Shown here piece by piece: positions 37,656-47,422 of a DNA stretch of 64,000 nt. Origin of the DNA: Kofleriaceae bacterium. Its GTDB lineage: Bacteria; Myxococcota_A; Polyangia; Haliangiales; Haliangiaceae. The notes under the pieces are model-generated. The model was not told the origin of the DNA, did not search any database, and worked only from the letters and a program-made list of their open reading frames with translations. Position 1 is the stretch's first letter. The number at the start of each line of letters is the position of its first letter. The stretch covers positions 82,150 to 146,149 of the forward strand of contig JBKJLC010000037.1 in the NCBI GenBank assembly GCA_046597055.1, given 5' to 3'. A program made the position numbers and the translations under genes.

Positions 37656-39611
37656 TCAGCGGTGGGCCGCGCCCCCCTGGTCGAGCGCCGCGACGAGTTG
37701 ATCGACGTCGACCGGCTTGACGAGGTGGGCGTCGAAGCCGGCGACCGCCGAGCGCTCTCGATCGCCCGGCTGGCCGTAGCCGGTGAGCGCGACCAGCCGG
37801 AGCGAGCCCAGTCCCGAGTGCTGGCGCACGCGCCGCGCGAGCTCGTAGCCGTCCATGACCGGCAGTCCGATGTCGAGGATGGCCACATCGGGGGTGAACG
37901 TCGCCAGCAGGGCGAGCGCGGCCGGCCCGTCATGCGCGATCCGCACGGTGTAGCCGAGCCCGTCCATGATCTCCGCGAGCATCTCGGCGGCGTCCTCGTT
38001 GTCGTCGACCACGAGGACGGACCGGCCCGCGGGGCGGGCCGCGACGACGGCCGGCTGTGGCGCCGCCGGCGCGTTCAGGCGCGCCTGCGCCACGGCGGGC
38101 AGCCGCACCGTGAACGTCGAGCCGTGGCCGAGCCCCGGGCTCGCCACCTCGACCTCACCACCGTGGAGCTCGACCAGCCGACGCACGATCGCGAGGCCGA
38201 GCCCGAGGCCGCCCGGTGCCCGATCGAGGTCCTGACGCCCCTGCACGAACAGATCGAAGACCACCGGCAGCAGCTCGACCCCAAGGCCGACCCCGCTGTC
38301 GATGACGCGGACGACGATCGTCTCGCCCTCGCGCGCCGCGGTGATCGTGATGCGCCCCTCCGCGGGGGTGTACTTCGCCGCGTTGGCCAGGAGGTTCGCG
38401 AAGACCTGTTGCAGGCGGTAGGCGTCGCCGACCACGGCCAGGCCAGCCGGAACCTCGGCCCGCAGCCGGTGCCGACGCTGCTCGATCAGCGGACTGGCCG
38501 TCTCGATCGCGCGTTCGGTGATCTCACCGAGGTCGAGGACCTCGCGGGCCAGCTCCACCTTGCCACGCGTGATCCGCGAGACGTCGAGCAGGTCGTCGAC
38601 CAGGCGGACGAGGTGGGTGACCTGGCGCTCGATCACGCCGCGCTCGCGCTCGGTGTCCGGGTTGCCCCGCAGCCGCATGAGCTCCAGGGCGGTCCGGATC
38701 GGCGCCAGCGGGTTGCGCAGCTCGTGGCCCAGCAGCGCGAGGAACTCGTCCTTGGCGCGGCTGGCCGACTCCGCTGCCGCGCGCGCCTCGGTCTCGCCCG
38801 CGAGCAGCTCGGCGCGCTGGCGCTCGGCCCGCTTGCGCTCGCTGACGTCGCGGAAGAAGACCGAGATGCCGCCGTCGCGCGCCGGGAACGCGTCGACCTC
38901 GGTCCAGACGTCGAGCGGTGCGTAGTACTCCTCGAAGTGCGCGTCGCAGCGCTCCTGCATGATGCGGTGGTACTCGGTCCAGCAGCGCGAGGTCGGCGTC
39001 GCGGTCTCCGGAAAGACCTCCCAGAAGGTGCGGCCCAGCGACTGATCGCGCGACGTCTGCGACACCCGCTCCTGGTTGCGGTTGACCCGGATGATGCGGT
39101 AGTCGCGATCGAGCAGGAGGAAGGCGTCGCTCATCGACTCGAGCGTGTCGCCCAGCTGCTCGAGCGCCCGCTTCTGGTCATCGATGTCGGTGTTGATCCC
39201 GATCCAGCGAACGATCGCGCCTCGCGCGTCCCGCATCGGCGTGACCCGGGTCAAGAACCAGCGGAAGGCGCCGTCGCGGCGCCGCAGCGGGAACTCCATC
39301 TCGAAGGGCTGCCCGGTCGCGATCGAGTGCTGCCAGCGCTCCATCACGCTCGGCAGCAGCGCCTGATCGTGCACCGACCGCCAGCCCCAGCCTTCCATGT
39401 CAGCGGGCGTGGTGCCGGTGTACTCGTACCAGCGCGGGTTGTAGTAGTCGATGTAGCCGTCGGCCCGGGCCCACCAGGCCAGCTGCGGCATCCACTCGAT
39501 CATCGTCCGGAACTGGTGGTCGCCCGCGTCGTCGGCAGGATCGCGAGGGCCGGCGTCCGGCCTTGGCAGGTCCTCCCTCTTGACGGGATTCTGACAGTGC
39601 TCGCAGATCAC
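37656..39611 (-). CDS. PAS-PAS hybrid histidine kinase/receiver (start uncertain)
   Basis: PAS_3-like (YYNPRWYEYTG, RWIGINTDIDD), second PAS, LGHELRNPL, NAAKYT, GLGLGL, VLVVDDN receiver. Confidence 0.9.
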   Translation of the reverse strand: MICEHCQNPVKREDLPRPDAGPRDPADDAGDHQFRTMIEWMPQLAWWARADGYIDYYNPRWYEYTGTTPADMEGWGWRSVHDQALLPSVMERWQHSIATGQPFEMEFPLRRRDGAFRWFLTRVTPMRDARGAIVRWIGINTDIDDQKRALEQLGDTLESMSDAFLLLDRDYRIIRVNRNQERVSQTSRDQSLGRTFWEVFPETATPTSRCWTEYHRIMQERCDAHFEEYYAPLDVWTEVDAFPARDGGISVFFRDVSERKRAERQRAELLAGETEARAAAESASRAKDEFLALLGHELRNPLAPIRTALELMRLRGNPDTERERGVIERQVTHLVRLVDDLLDVSRITRGKVELAREVLDLGEITERAIETASPLIEQRRHRLRAEVPAGLAVVGDAYRLQQVFANLLANAAKYTPAEGRITITAAREGETIVVRVIDSGVGLGVELLPVVFDLFVQGRQDLDRAPGGLGLGLAIVRRLVELHGGEVEVASPGLGHGSTFTVRLPAVAQARLNAPAAPQPAVVAARPAGRSVLVVDDNEDAAEMLAEIMDGLGYTVRIAHDGPAALALLATFTPDVAILDIGLPVMDGYELARRVRQHSGLGSLRLVALTGYGQPGDRERSAVAGFDAHLVKPVDVDQLVAALDQGGAAHR

Positions 39612-39780
39612 CGTAACAGTCTTGCTCGATCCTCGCCGTCCGTCCAGGGCACGACACCCGCGGCGGGCCGGGTCCCCTGACGCGAAGCGCACCTCGGCAG
39701 GGGGCCGCGCCGAACGCCGCGGTCCACGCGGTCAGCGCGGCGGCTGGCGGGACCCGCGTCTTGTGCCACCCTATCGCGCC

Positions 39781-40647
39781 ATGTCCGAACGCGACGCTAC
39801 CCCGCTGCCTGCCGAAGTCTTTCAGCTCCTCGTCGAGCAGAGCGGTGACGGGATCATCGTCGCGGACGAGAATGGCGTCATCCGGGTCTTCAACCCGGAG
39901 GCCGAGCGACAGCATGGGGTTGCCCGCCGTCAGGTCGCGGCACCTGATTGGGCCGATACGTTTGGGCTCTATAGCCTGGACGGCGCCAAGCTTGCCTTGG
40001 CCGAGACGCCGCTGTACCGGGCGGTCCACGGAGAAGTCGTCAGGGGCGCGCGGTGGGCCGTGAAGCTGCCGAGCGGCGCCATGCGCACGCTGAGCGGGAC
40101 GGCGACGCCGCTCCGCCACGCCGATGGCCGCGCCGCGGGCGCGCTGCTCATCACGCGCGACGAGACCGAGCGGATCGACCTCGAGCGGCAGCGGCAGACG
40201 CTCGCCGAGGTCGTCGAGCAGAGCCGCGACTTCATCGGGATCGCAACGCCGCAAGGGGTTCCGTTCTATGTCAACTCGGCCGGCCGACGCCTGGTCGGAC
40301 TCGACCACGAGCCCCTGGACGCACTCACGGTGGCCGACTTCTTCGGGCCGGCAGAGTACGAGCGCGTGGCGCACGCGATGACGTCCCTGGACCACAGCGC
40401 CCGCACTCACTTCCGGCATTTTCGAACCGGCGCGCTCATCCCGGTCTGTTGGCACGTGTTTCCGATCCGTGACGAGCACGGCGCGGTCACGGCGATCGCG
40501 ACCGTGACCCGCGACCTCACGACCGAGGAAGCGCTGGCCGTGGAGCTCGCCGCCCAGCAGCGCGACGTGGTCGCGATGCTGCAGCGGCTGCTCGACGAGC
40601 GGCAGCAGCTCGAGCGGCGCATCGCGGAGCTCGAGGGACGCGCGTGA
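39781..40647 (+). CDS. Tandem PAS-domain protein with C-terminal coiled coil
   Basis: SGDGIIVAD..FNPEAE; SRDFIGIA..YVNSAG; ATVTRDLT; no output domain. Confidence 0.8.
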   Translation: MSERDATPLPAEVFQLLVEQSGDGIIVADENGVIRVFNPEAERQHGVARRQVAAPDWADTFGLYSLDGAKLALAETPLYRAVHGEVVRGARWAVKLPSGAMRTLSGTATPLRHADGRAAGALLITRDETERIDLERQRQTLAEVVEQSRDFIGIATPQGVPFYVNSAGRRLVGLDHEPLDALTVADFFGPAEYERVAHAMTSLDHSARTHFRHFRTGALIPVCWHVFPIRDEHGAVTAIATVTRDLTTEEALAVELAAQQRDVVAMLQRLLDERQQLERRIAELEGRA

Positions 40648-40904
40648 GCGAGCTGCACACGTCGACGGTGCAACGCATGCATCGCGTCCTGGGCGCGGAC
40701 CGTGCCGACAGACTGCTGCGCGATGGCCTCGCCGCGATCGGGTGCGATCAGCTCGAGACGGCTGACGACCTGTACCGGTTCGCGCTGTGGCTCGGCACGA
40801 GCACTGGCTTCGAACAAGCCCTCGGCAGCCTGCTCGCCGTGCAGGCCGTCATGCGCGGCGCCGGACGGAAAGTCACGGATCCGGACGACGCGGCAGGACG
40901 CTAG
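40644..40904 (+). CDS. Small hypothetical protein (86 aa)
   Basis: GTGA overlap with the PAS gene; coding-like codon usage. Confidence 0.65.
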   Translation: MSELHTSTVQRMHRVLGADRADRLLRDGLAAIGCDQLETADDLYRFALWLGTSTGFEQALGSLLAVQAVMRGAGRKVTDPDDAAGR

Positions 40905-41640
40905 CCTCGCCGCGAGTCGTCGGAGCTCCGGTCGAGCCGCCGCGCGCCAGCTGGCGGGACCGGCCGTAGACGAGGGCGACGTAGAGGACGTCGAAGCAGA
41001 GGATGCCAGCGTAGAGCGTGAGGAGCAGCGGCGCGATCGGGTGGTAGGCCGCGGGGAGCAGCGCGTCCCAGTGCTCGTGGAGCGTCGGCGGCGACCAGAA
41101 CAGGGCGAGCACGAACGCGAAGAAGCTGCCGAGCAGCTTGGCGACGCCGATGGACACCGACTGGCCGCGCAGGCTGTCGCGGCGCAGGAACATGCACACG
41201 AACAGGATGGACATCATCAGGTTCTGGCCGAACGCGGCGTACCAGCCGATCGCGTCGTCGAGCTGGCGCACGAACGAGCCCAGGACGGCGAAGGCGAAGA
41301 CGATGATGCCGGTCAGGCCCAGGTGGAAGTAGCGGACCACGAACGGGTGCGAGAAGTCGGCGCGTCCGTAGCGGAAGCACTGCACCAGGATGCCGAGATC
41401 GAGCAGCGTCCACGGCAGCAGCATGGCGAGCCGCGCGTCGTAGACGCCATGGTGGAGCGTGACGCCGAGGAAGATCAGCTCCCAGGACAGGTTCGCGGCC
41501 AGGGCGACCAGCGGCATGCCATAGGCGCGATCGCGCGCCGCCTGGCGGAGAATGAGCACGTAGGTCAGGGTCCAGAACAGGCTGCTCAGCCCGCCGACGA
41601 GCAGTCCGAGCGTGTGATTGGCGTTGATGGCCGTGACCAT
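40873..41640 (-). CDS. Integral membrane terpene cyclase, Pyr4/PaxB/XiaE-like
   Basis: About 255 aa, multi-TM; W...Y..I.R....D..YGMPLVALAANLSWE, RGQS, KLLGS, C-terminal FDVLY. Confidence 0.8.
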   Translation of the reverse strand: MVTAINANHTLGLLVGGLSSLFWTLTYVLILRQAARDRAYGMPLVALAANLSWELIFLGVTLHHGVYDARLAMLLPWTLLDLGILVQCFRYGRADFSHPFVVRYFHLGLTGIIVFAFAVLGSFVRQLDDAIGWYAAFGQNLMMSILFVCMFLRRDSLRGQSVSIGVAKLLGSFFAFVLALFWSPPTLHEHWDALLPAAYHPIAPLLLTLYAGILCFDVLYVALVYGRSRQLARGGSTGAPTTRGEASVLPRRPDP

Positions 41641-41645
41641 GGGGC

Positions 41646-42680
41646 TCACGGCAGCCGGGGCGGCGTGGTCGGGGCGGTCGCGTGCAGGGCGACGTAGGGT
41701 TCGCCCGGGATGACCTTCTTGAACCTGACGTCGGTGAAGCCGGCCTCGCCCAGCTGGACCCGCAGCTCGGCCTCGGTCGGCAGCGGGCCCATCGCCGGTG
41801 TGCTGCTGGTCCACAGGTTGAGCACCCGCATCCCGGGCGAGCCGCCCTGGCACGAGGTCGTGAGGATCAGCCGGCCGCCGGGCACCAGCCGCGCGGCCAG
41901 CATGCGCAGGAACGGCACGCGCTCGGCCGTGGCCAGGTAGTAGATGACGTTGTAGAGCGTGACGACGTCGAAGCGCGCCGCGCTCGCCAGGGCGCGCACG
42001 TCACCGGTCTCGATCTGCACGCGGTCGTGCAGGCCCCAGCGCGCGATGGCGACGCGGCTGCTGGCGGCCACCTCCGGCTGCAGCTCGACCCCGACCGCCC
42101 GCAGCGCCGGGTTGCGACCGGCCGCGTACCGCAGGTAGGTCCCGGTGCCGCAGCCGACCTCGAGCAGGTGGATCGGGCCCGACGGCAGGGCCCAGTCGAT
42201 CGCCTGGAAGACGAACGGCTCCATGATGCGCGAGGAGCGGGCGATCAGCGCGCCGTCGTGCTCGCTTGGTTCCCACCGGCGCCGGGCGCGCAGGCGGGTC
42301 GGGGTCTCGACGATGAGCCGGTGGTGGAAGGTGGCGACCTCCTCGACCAGCGCGGCGATCTCGTCGTTGTCGACCTCGGCGAGGCGGCGCACCAGGTAGC
42401 CCCGGAGCCGATAGCCGTGGCGGTCGAGGCCGAGCTCGCCGAGACCCACGCCGAGGTCAAGCCACGCAGCCAGCGAGGCGCGACCGCCGTCGCCGGGCGC
42501 CAGCTCCGCGGCCAGCGCGTCGAGCGACCGTGGGCCCGCTGCGAGCAGCCCGAGCAGGCCGCTGCGGACCGCGGCGGCGGCGAAGCTGAGCCGGTAGAAC
42601 GGGGTGAACAGCTGGGTGACGTGCCACAGCAGGCGCAGTCGACCGCCGCGAACCAGGGCGAGCGCGGTCTTGCCGTTCAT
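41646..42680 (-). CDS. Class I SAM-dependent methyltransferase with N-terminal dimerisation-type region
   Basis: LLEVGCGTG, GVELQ, GDVR, FDVVTLYNVIYY, LVPGGRL. Confidence 0.88.
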   Translation of the reverse strand: MNGKTALALVRGGRLRLLWHVTQLFTPFYRLSFAAAAVRSGLLGLLAAGPRSLDALAAELAPGDGGRASLAAWLDLGVGLGELGLDRHGYRLRGYLVRRLAEVDNDEIAALVEEVATFHHRLIVETPTRLRARRRWEPSEHDGALIARSSRIMEPFVFQAIDWALPSGPIHLLEVGCGTGTYLRYAAGRNPALRAVGVELQPEVAASSRVAIARWGLHDRVQIETGDVRALASAARFDVVTLYNVIYYLATAERVPFLRMLAARLVPGGRLILTTSCQGGSPGMRVLNLWTSSTPAMGPLPTEAELRVQLGEAGFTDVRFKKVIPGEPYVALHATAPTTPPRLP

Positions 42681-44038
42681 CAGGCCGACCTCAGGCGATC
42701 GGCCGCGGCCGCGGACCACCGGGCCACGAACCCGTCGCCGGTGGTCACCGCCGCCAGGTCGAGGCCCCCGAGCTCGCCGAGCCGCCGCAAGAAGGGCCGG
42801 AACAGCTCGCCGTGAAAGGCGGCGCCGAGCGCGGCCTCGTCGTACACGGCGAGCACCCGCAGGCCGCCGCGGAAGGTCGAGAACACCAGCATGATCTCCG
42901 CCGGCGCGAACAGCTGGGGGAAGGTCACGTAGTCGACGACCGCCGTGTCGCCGAAGCAGGGCAGGCGCGACGGACAGACGCCGGGATTGGTGAGCATGAC
43001 GTTGCTCTTGAACAGCGCGGGCCACAGGCCGGCGAACCAGCGCTGCGGGAGCCACCGGCCGAACCCGGCGAACAGATCGTCGAAGCGCGCGGCGTGGCTG
43101 TAGATGTCGCCGTCACGCAGCCGCTCGATGGTCGCGGCGCAGCGGGTCAGCACCTCGTCGTCGGTCCAGGCGGCGTCGAGCTCGACCGGGTACACCAGCG
43201 CCAGACAGTCGTAGCGGGGTGCCTGGTCGCCCCGGAGCGGCCGCACCGAGAAAAAATCCCACAGGCGCAGGCGCGCGCGCGCGACCCCGCGGCGGCGGTT
43301 GAAGTCGGTCGCGGTGCGCAGGAACGCCAGCTGGAAGAAGGCGTGGATCGAGCAGCCGCGGCGGCGGGCCGCCTGCCGGAGCTGGTCGGTCTCGGCCGGC
43401 GTGAGCGTGACGCGGGCCAGCTGGCGTCGGCCCGGCGCGGCGCGCCGCGGCGTGGCCAGGCCGCCGAACGGGGCGCGTAGATCGCGCGCGGTCTGCGCGA
43501 CGCCGCGCGCGTGCGCCGCCAGCGCGTGGCGCCATCCGCGTGACCCTCGGTCGGGGCCCGGGGTGGCCGGGCTGGCCACCGACGCCAGCCCGGGGCCCGG
43601 TGCGCCCGGGGTCGCCCCGCGCCCACCATAGCTGGCAGCGATCTGCTCGGTCAGCAGATAGCAGGCGGTCGCGTCGGCGTGGACGTGGGTGTGGATCGTC
43701 TGGAAGTAGGTCTGGCCCGGCGTCTCGGTGACGTGGAACCGGACCGGCGCCGCGTCGGGCGCGAGCCGCTCGCTCCAGATGAGGCCGAGCAGGTGGTCGT
43801 CGACCCGCGCCGCGTCGTCGTCGGGCAGCGCGTGGAAGCGCAGCTGGAACGGCTGGCCGCGCAGGACCGGATGGCGGGCCAGGGTCGCGGTGATCGCCGC
43901 CCGCAGGCGGTCGTGGCCGAGCTTGCCAGCGAGGACGACGACGTCGCACGAGTTGGGGTTGACCACGGACCCGAGCGCCTCGAACAGCCAGTTGAGGGCG
44001 TGGGGCCGATGGTGGGTTGCGAGCGACGACAGGCGCAC
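42680..44038 (-). CDS. Condensation-domain/PapA5-like CoA-dependent acyltransferase
   Basis: LRAAI...LARHPVLR, HVHAD (HxxxD), L.QAARRRGCSI, LTNPG. Confidence 0.65.
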   Translation of the reverse strand: MRLSSLATHHRPHALNWLFEALGSVVNPNSCDVVVLAGKLGHDRLRAAITATLARHPVLRGQPFQLRFHALPDDDAARVDDHLLGLIWSERLAPDAAPVRFHVTETPGQTYFQTIHTHVHADATACYLLTEQIAASYGGRGATPGAPGPGLASVASPATPGPDRGSRGWRHALAAHARGVAQTARDLRAPFGGLATPRRAAPGRRQLARVTLTPAETDQLRQAARRRGCSIHAFFQLAFLRTATDFNRRRGVARARLRLWDFFSVRPLRGDQAPRYDCLALVYPVELDAAWTDDEVLTRCAATIERLRDGDIYSHAARFDDLFAGFGRWLPQRWFAGLWPALFKSNVMLTNPGVCPSRLPCFGDTAVVDYVTFPQLFAPAEIMLVFSTFRGGLRVLAVYDEAALGAAFHGELFRPFLRRLGELGGLDLAAVTTGDGFVARWSAAAADRLRSA

Positions 44039-44041
44039 GGG

Positions 44042-44980
44042 TCACCGATCCAGCAGGAGATTGGCGAGCACGAGCGCGACGATGCCCGTGCGGATCACCA
44101 GGAAGCCGAGCCGGCGGGCCTGCAACCAGCGCCGCTGGCCCAGGCCGCACCACAGCTGGTAGCCCTGGAGCGCCCAGACTGGTGTCAGCGCGAGCAGGTA
44201 GCCGCGCGGCAGGAGGCCGGTTGCCAGCGCGACGAGCCCGACCGCCGCCGACGCGACGAACACGGCGAGGATGTAGCGACGGTTGCCGCGCTCGCTGGTC
44301 CGCGCCGCGATCGTCAGGCGCGCGGTCGCGCGGTCGCCGGCGGCGTCGTGGGTGTTCGAGAAGACCACGACCTGGGCGTGCCAGGCGCCGACCAGCGCGG
44401 CCTCGACCAGCAGGATTCCGCTCGGCTGGTGGGCGACCAGCGCGTAGGGAATCAGCACGGTCCCGGCGGCGCCGACCCAGATCACCAGCTCGCCGGCGCC
44501 GTGGTAGCTCAGCTTCAGGCCGTACGAGTAGTTGACCGCCAGGAGCATCATCGCCGGCATGGCGATCAGCAGCCAGGTCGGCAGCGGCCAGGCCAGCACC
44601 ATCACGGCCGCGTAGGCCAGCGCGGCGACGACGCCGAGCAGATGGACGAAGCGAAACGCATGCTCCTCCGAGAGCTGACCGGTGAGGATCGGCTTGCGGA
44701 CGCCCCAGCGAGCGTCGCCCTGGTGGGTGGCCTGGTCGACCCCGTCGCGCACGCCGACGATGTCGTCGAGGCTGCAGGTCGCCGCGATCACCGCCACGCC
44801 GACCACCAGGATCGCCGCGAGGATCGTGAGCGCGCGCGCATCCTGGGTCGCCGCGGCGCCGAGCAGCGACACGCCCACGAAGAACCCGAGCCACAGCTCG
44901 ACGATCCGGAGCTTGCCCAGCTCGAACCAGGCGCGCACCCGCTCGGCGGGCCCGCGCGTCCTCGGGGCGACCGCGGCCAT
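44042..44980 (-). CDS. UbiA-family aromatic prenyltransferase
   Basis: DDIVGVRDGVD, RKP, YSYGLKLSY.GAGE, NTHDAAGD; multi-TM. Confidence 0.85.
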   Translation of the reverse strand: MAAVAPRTRGPAERVRAWFELGKLRIVELWLGFFVGVSLLGAAATQDARALTILAAILVVGVAVIAATCSLDDIVGVRDGVDQATHQGDARWGVRKPILTGQLSEEHAFRFVHLLGVVAALAYAAVMVLAWPLPTWLLIAMPAMMLLAVNYSYGLKLSYHGAGELVIWVGAAGTVLIPYALVAHQPSGILLVEAALVGAWHAQVVVFSNTHDAAGDRATARLTIAARTSERGNRRYILAVFVASAAVGLVALATGLLPRGYLLALTPVWALQGYQLWCGLGQRRWLQARRLGFLVIRTGIVALVLANLLLDR

Positions 44981-46110
44981 CAGGCGGGGTTCGGCCGGGT
45001 GTGGGCCACCGGGCGCAGCGCCTCGGCCACGAAGCGGTCGACCAGCGCGCGCAGCGCCGGCTCCTGGGCCAGGACCGGCGAGCGCTCGATGCCCATCAGC
45101 AGGTCGTCGATCCGCTGCCAGACCGCGGCCAGCGCGCCGTCGGCCGCGAACCGGGCGATCACGTCCTCGATCGCGTCGCGCGCGGTCTCGGCCCGCGGTG
45201 CGGTCAGGATGCCGAGCAGCCAGGCGCGGTCGTCGGGGTGTAGCCGCAGGTGCTCGACCACGAACGCGGTCGCCTTGCCGCTCTGCGCCAGGTCGGAGCC
45301 CTTCATCTCGCGGCCGTTGTCGCCATAGAGGTCGAGGATGTCGTCCTGGATCTGGAACAGCAGCCCGAGCGGGCGGAACGACGCCGCCAGCAGCGCCGCC
45401 GGCTCGGGCGAGCGCCCGGCGATCAGCGCCGCTCCCTCGATCGGCAACGAGAACAGCGCGGTGGTCTTGCCCTCCACGCAGGCCGCGTAGGCCTCCCAGG
45501 TGAGGGTGCCCGACGACAGGAGCTGGAGCTCGGCGGCCTGGCCCTCGACCACCCGTCGCGCGGCCAGCGACACCAGCTGGGTGAGACGCCAGCGCAGGCC
45601 GTCGCTGACCGGGACCGCGCCGATCGCCAGGTAGCTGAGGACGATCGACAGGTCACCGGCGTTGATCGCCTGGGCGACGCCGTGGCGGGCCCACAGCGCG
45701 GGGCGACCGCGCCGGTAGCGATCGCCATCCTGGATGTCGTCGTGGATCAGCGAGGCGTTGTGGAGGAGCTCGCAGCAGGCCCCCCACGGCACGCCGTCTT
45801 CCATCCGTCCGCCGAGCGCGTTGACCGCGAACAGCGCCAGCCGCGCGCGCAGGCGCTTGCCGCCCGCCGCGATGTGCGCCCAGACCAGGCCGCCGAGGGC
45901 TTGCTCGCGCTCGGCGAAGCACAGCCGATGCATCAGGCGTTCGATGCTGGCGACGTGGCTCGGGTCGCCCCAGAGCTCGGCGAGCGGGGCCGGCCGGGGC
46001 GGCGCAGGTGCGGGCGACGCCGGTGGGTTCGGCACGCGCGCCGTGCCTGCAGCGGCACGAGTCGGCTCACAGACGGGGCGCTCGGCGACTCGCAGTGGCT
46101 TGTACGACAT
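44980..46110 (-). CDS. Polyprenyl diphosphate synthase (FPP/GGPP)
   Basis: GGKRLR, ELLHNASLIHDDIQD..RRGRP, AINAGD, GQ, KT, FQIQDDILD, GK. Confidence 0.93.
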   Translation of the reverse strand: MSYKPLRVAERPVCEPTRAAAGTARVPNPPASPAPAPPRPAPLAELWGDPSHVASIERLMHRLCFAEREQALGGLVWAHIAAGGKRLRARLALFAVNALGGRMEDGVPWGACCELLHNASLIHDDIQDGDRYRRGRPALWARHGVAQAINAGDLSIVLSYLAIGAVPVSDGLRWRLTQLVSLAARRVVEGQAAELQLLSSGTLTWEAYAACVEGKTTALFSLPIEGAALIAGRSPEPAALLAASFRPLGLLFQIQDDILDLYGDNGREMKGSDLAQSGKATAFVVEHLRLHPDDRAWLLGILTAPRAETARDAIEDVIARFAADGALAAVWQRIDDLLMGIERSPVLAQEPALRALVDRFVAEALRPVAHTRPNPA

Positions 46111-46193
46111 TGGTTGGTGACTGACCTCGACACGAACCGCGTAGTGGCGTGATAGCCATTCTCGGTGCAGTTCGTGATGTGGGTCTGGTCCCA

Positions 46194-46221
46194 ACCATAG
46201 GGGACTGGAACGGGTTGTCAA
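46194..46221 (-). promoter_or_regulatory. Sigma-70-type promoter of the terpenoid operon
   Basis: TTGACA-N16-TATGGT in a locally AT-richer intergenic region. Confidence 0.65.
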
Positions 46222-46477
46222 CCTGGCCAAGGTGGCGAGGACATTGCGGTTTGGCCGCCAGCCTCAGCTATTCTCGGTGCGTCATTTCCGCTCGCACTGG
46301 AACCGGTAAGTAGCCGTAATGATTTGTTAGTCGGTGTCGGTGTGGCAAGCGCGCACGCACCGCCTGACCGCAAATCGTCAATTGCGGGCTTTCTTCGACA
46401 AGGGACAACTCGAGTTCACTGACTGTTCGTTGTGGCGAAACAGTCAATTTCGGCCGCGGTTGCTCGCGGGTCGCTTT

Positions 46478-47365
46478 TCATGGACTGCCGCCGTGGCTGC
46501 TCACTGTGGCCGGCGCGGGCCCGCGCGGCACGAGCCACATCACGTTGCGGTGCATGTTCACGATCACGTCGAAGTGCTGGAGGGTGGCGCCGCCCAGGAT
46601 GCCGTCCCGACGGTCGTCGCGCGCGCCCCGGTACCGGCCGAACGCCACGTCACGCAGGACCAGGTCGCCGAGCGTCACCGCGTCGGCCGACCAGATCCCC
46701 CGCCGCGATTCGCGCAGGCCCGCGGTCGCGGCCAGCCGTGGGTGGAGGAACGACCCCATCTCGGGACCGAAGGCCACCACCAGCGTCGCCGGCTTGCCGT
46801 TGACGATGACCCGGGCATGAAAGTGTGAGCCAACCGGCTCGAGCTCGACCCGGTGCGCGTTCGCTGGCAGCGGCTGGTGGCCCTGCGTCGCCAGCGTGAG
46901 GGTCCCGGCGGCCTGACGCAGGTCCCAGATCAAGGTGTCGTCGAGAACGTCGCGTCCGATCGTGCCCGCGATGATCCCGCCGTGGTCGTGGACCACGAAC
47001 TTCCGGGCCTTGACCGTGAGGTCGCCGATCGACAGCTTCGGGACCTCGGCCAGGTACGGGATCGTCTTGCCGACGTCCCGGGAGTCGAGGACGCGCAGGT
47101 CCACCTTCTCCAGGTAGAGGCCGAGCTCCTTCGCGACCGCGAGCGAGATGCTCGACGCGTCGGAGTCCGGGCTCAGGAAGAACCGATAGGGGCCCCGGCC
47201 CAGGAGGTAGACCTCGGCCACCAGCGGCGAGCCCGGCGGGGTCGGCTGCAGCGGGATCGTCCAGCGATCGCCCGCGCTGAAGCCGGGCGGGCGGCCCATG
47301 GCGCACGCCTGCAGGACGACGAAGGCCAGGGCGGCGAGCGCGAGACGAGGAGCTGTCGTGGTCAC
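46478..47365 (-). CDS. Retropepsin-like (aspartyl protease fold) lipoprotein, degenerate
   Basis: LQAC lipobox; two lobes ending GTIGRDVL and DGILGG; DTG sites replaced (FFLSPDS, LVVAFG). Confidence 0.6.
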   Translation of the reverse strand: MTTTAPRLALAALAFVVLQACAMGRPPGFSAGDRWTIPLQPTPPGSPLVAEVYLLGRGPYRFFLSPDSDASSISLAVAKELGLYLEKVDLRVLDSRDVGKTIPYLAEVPKLSIGDLTVKARKFVVHDHGGIIAGTIGRDVLDDTLIWDLRQAAGTLTLATQGHQPLPANAHRVELEPVGSHFHARVIVNGKPATLVVAFGPEMGSFLHPRLAATAGLRESRRGIWSADAVTLGDLVLRDVAFGRYRGARDDRRDGILGGATLQHFDVIVNMHRNVMWLVPRGPAPATVSSHGGSP

Positions 47366-47422
47366 GGCGGGCGCTGTCGGCGCGCCGGTCCCGCGGTTGC
47401 GCGTCCGCCGCAGTTTGCCGGT

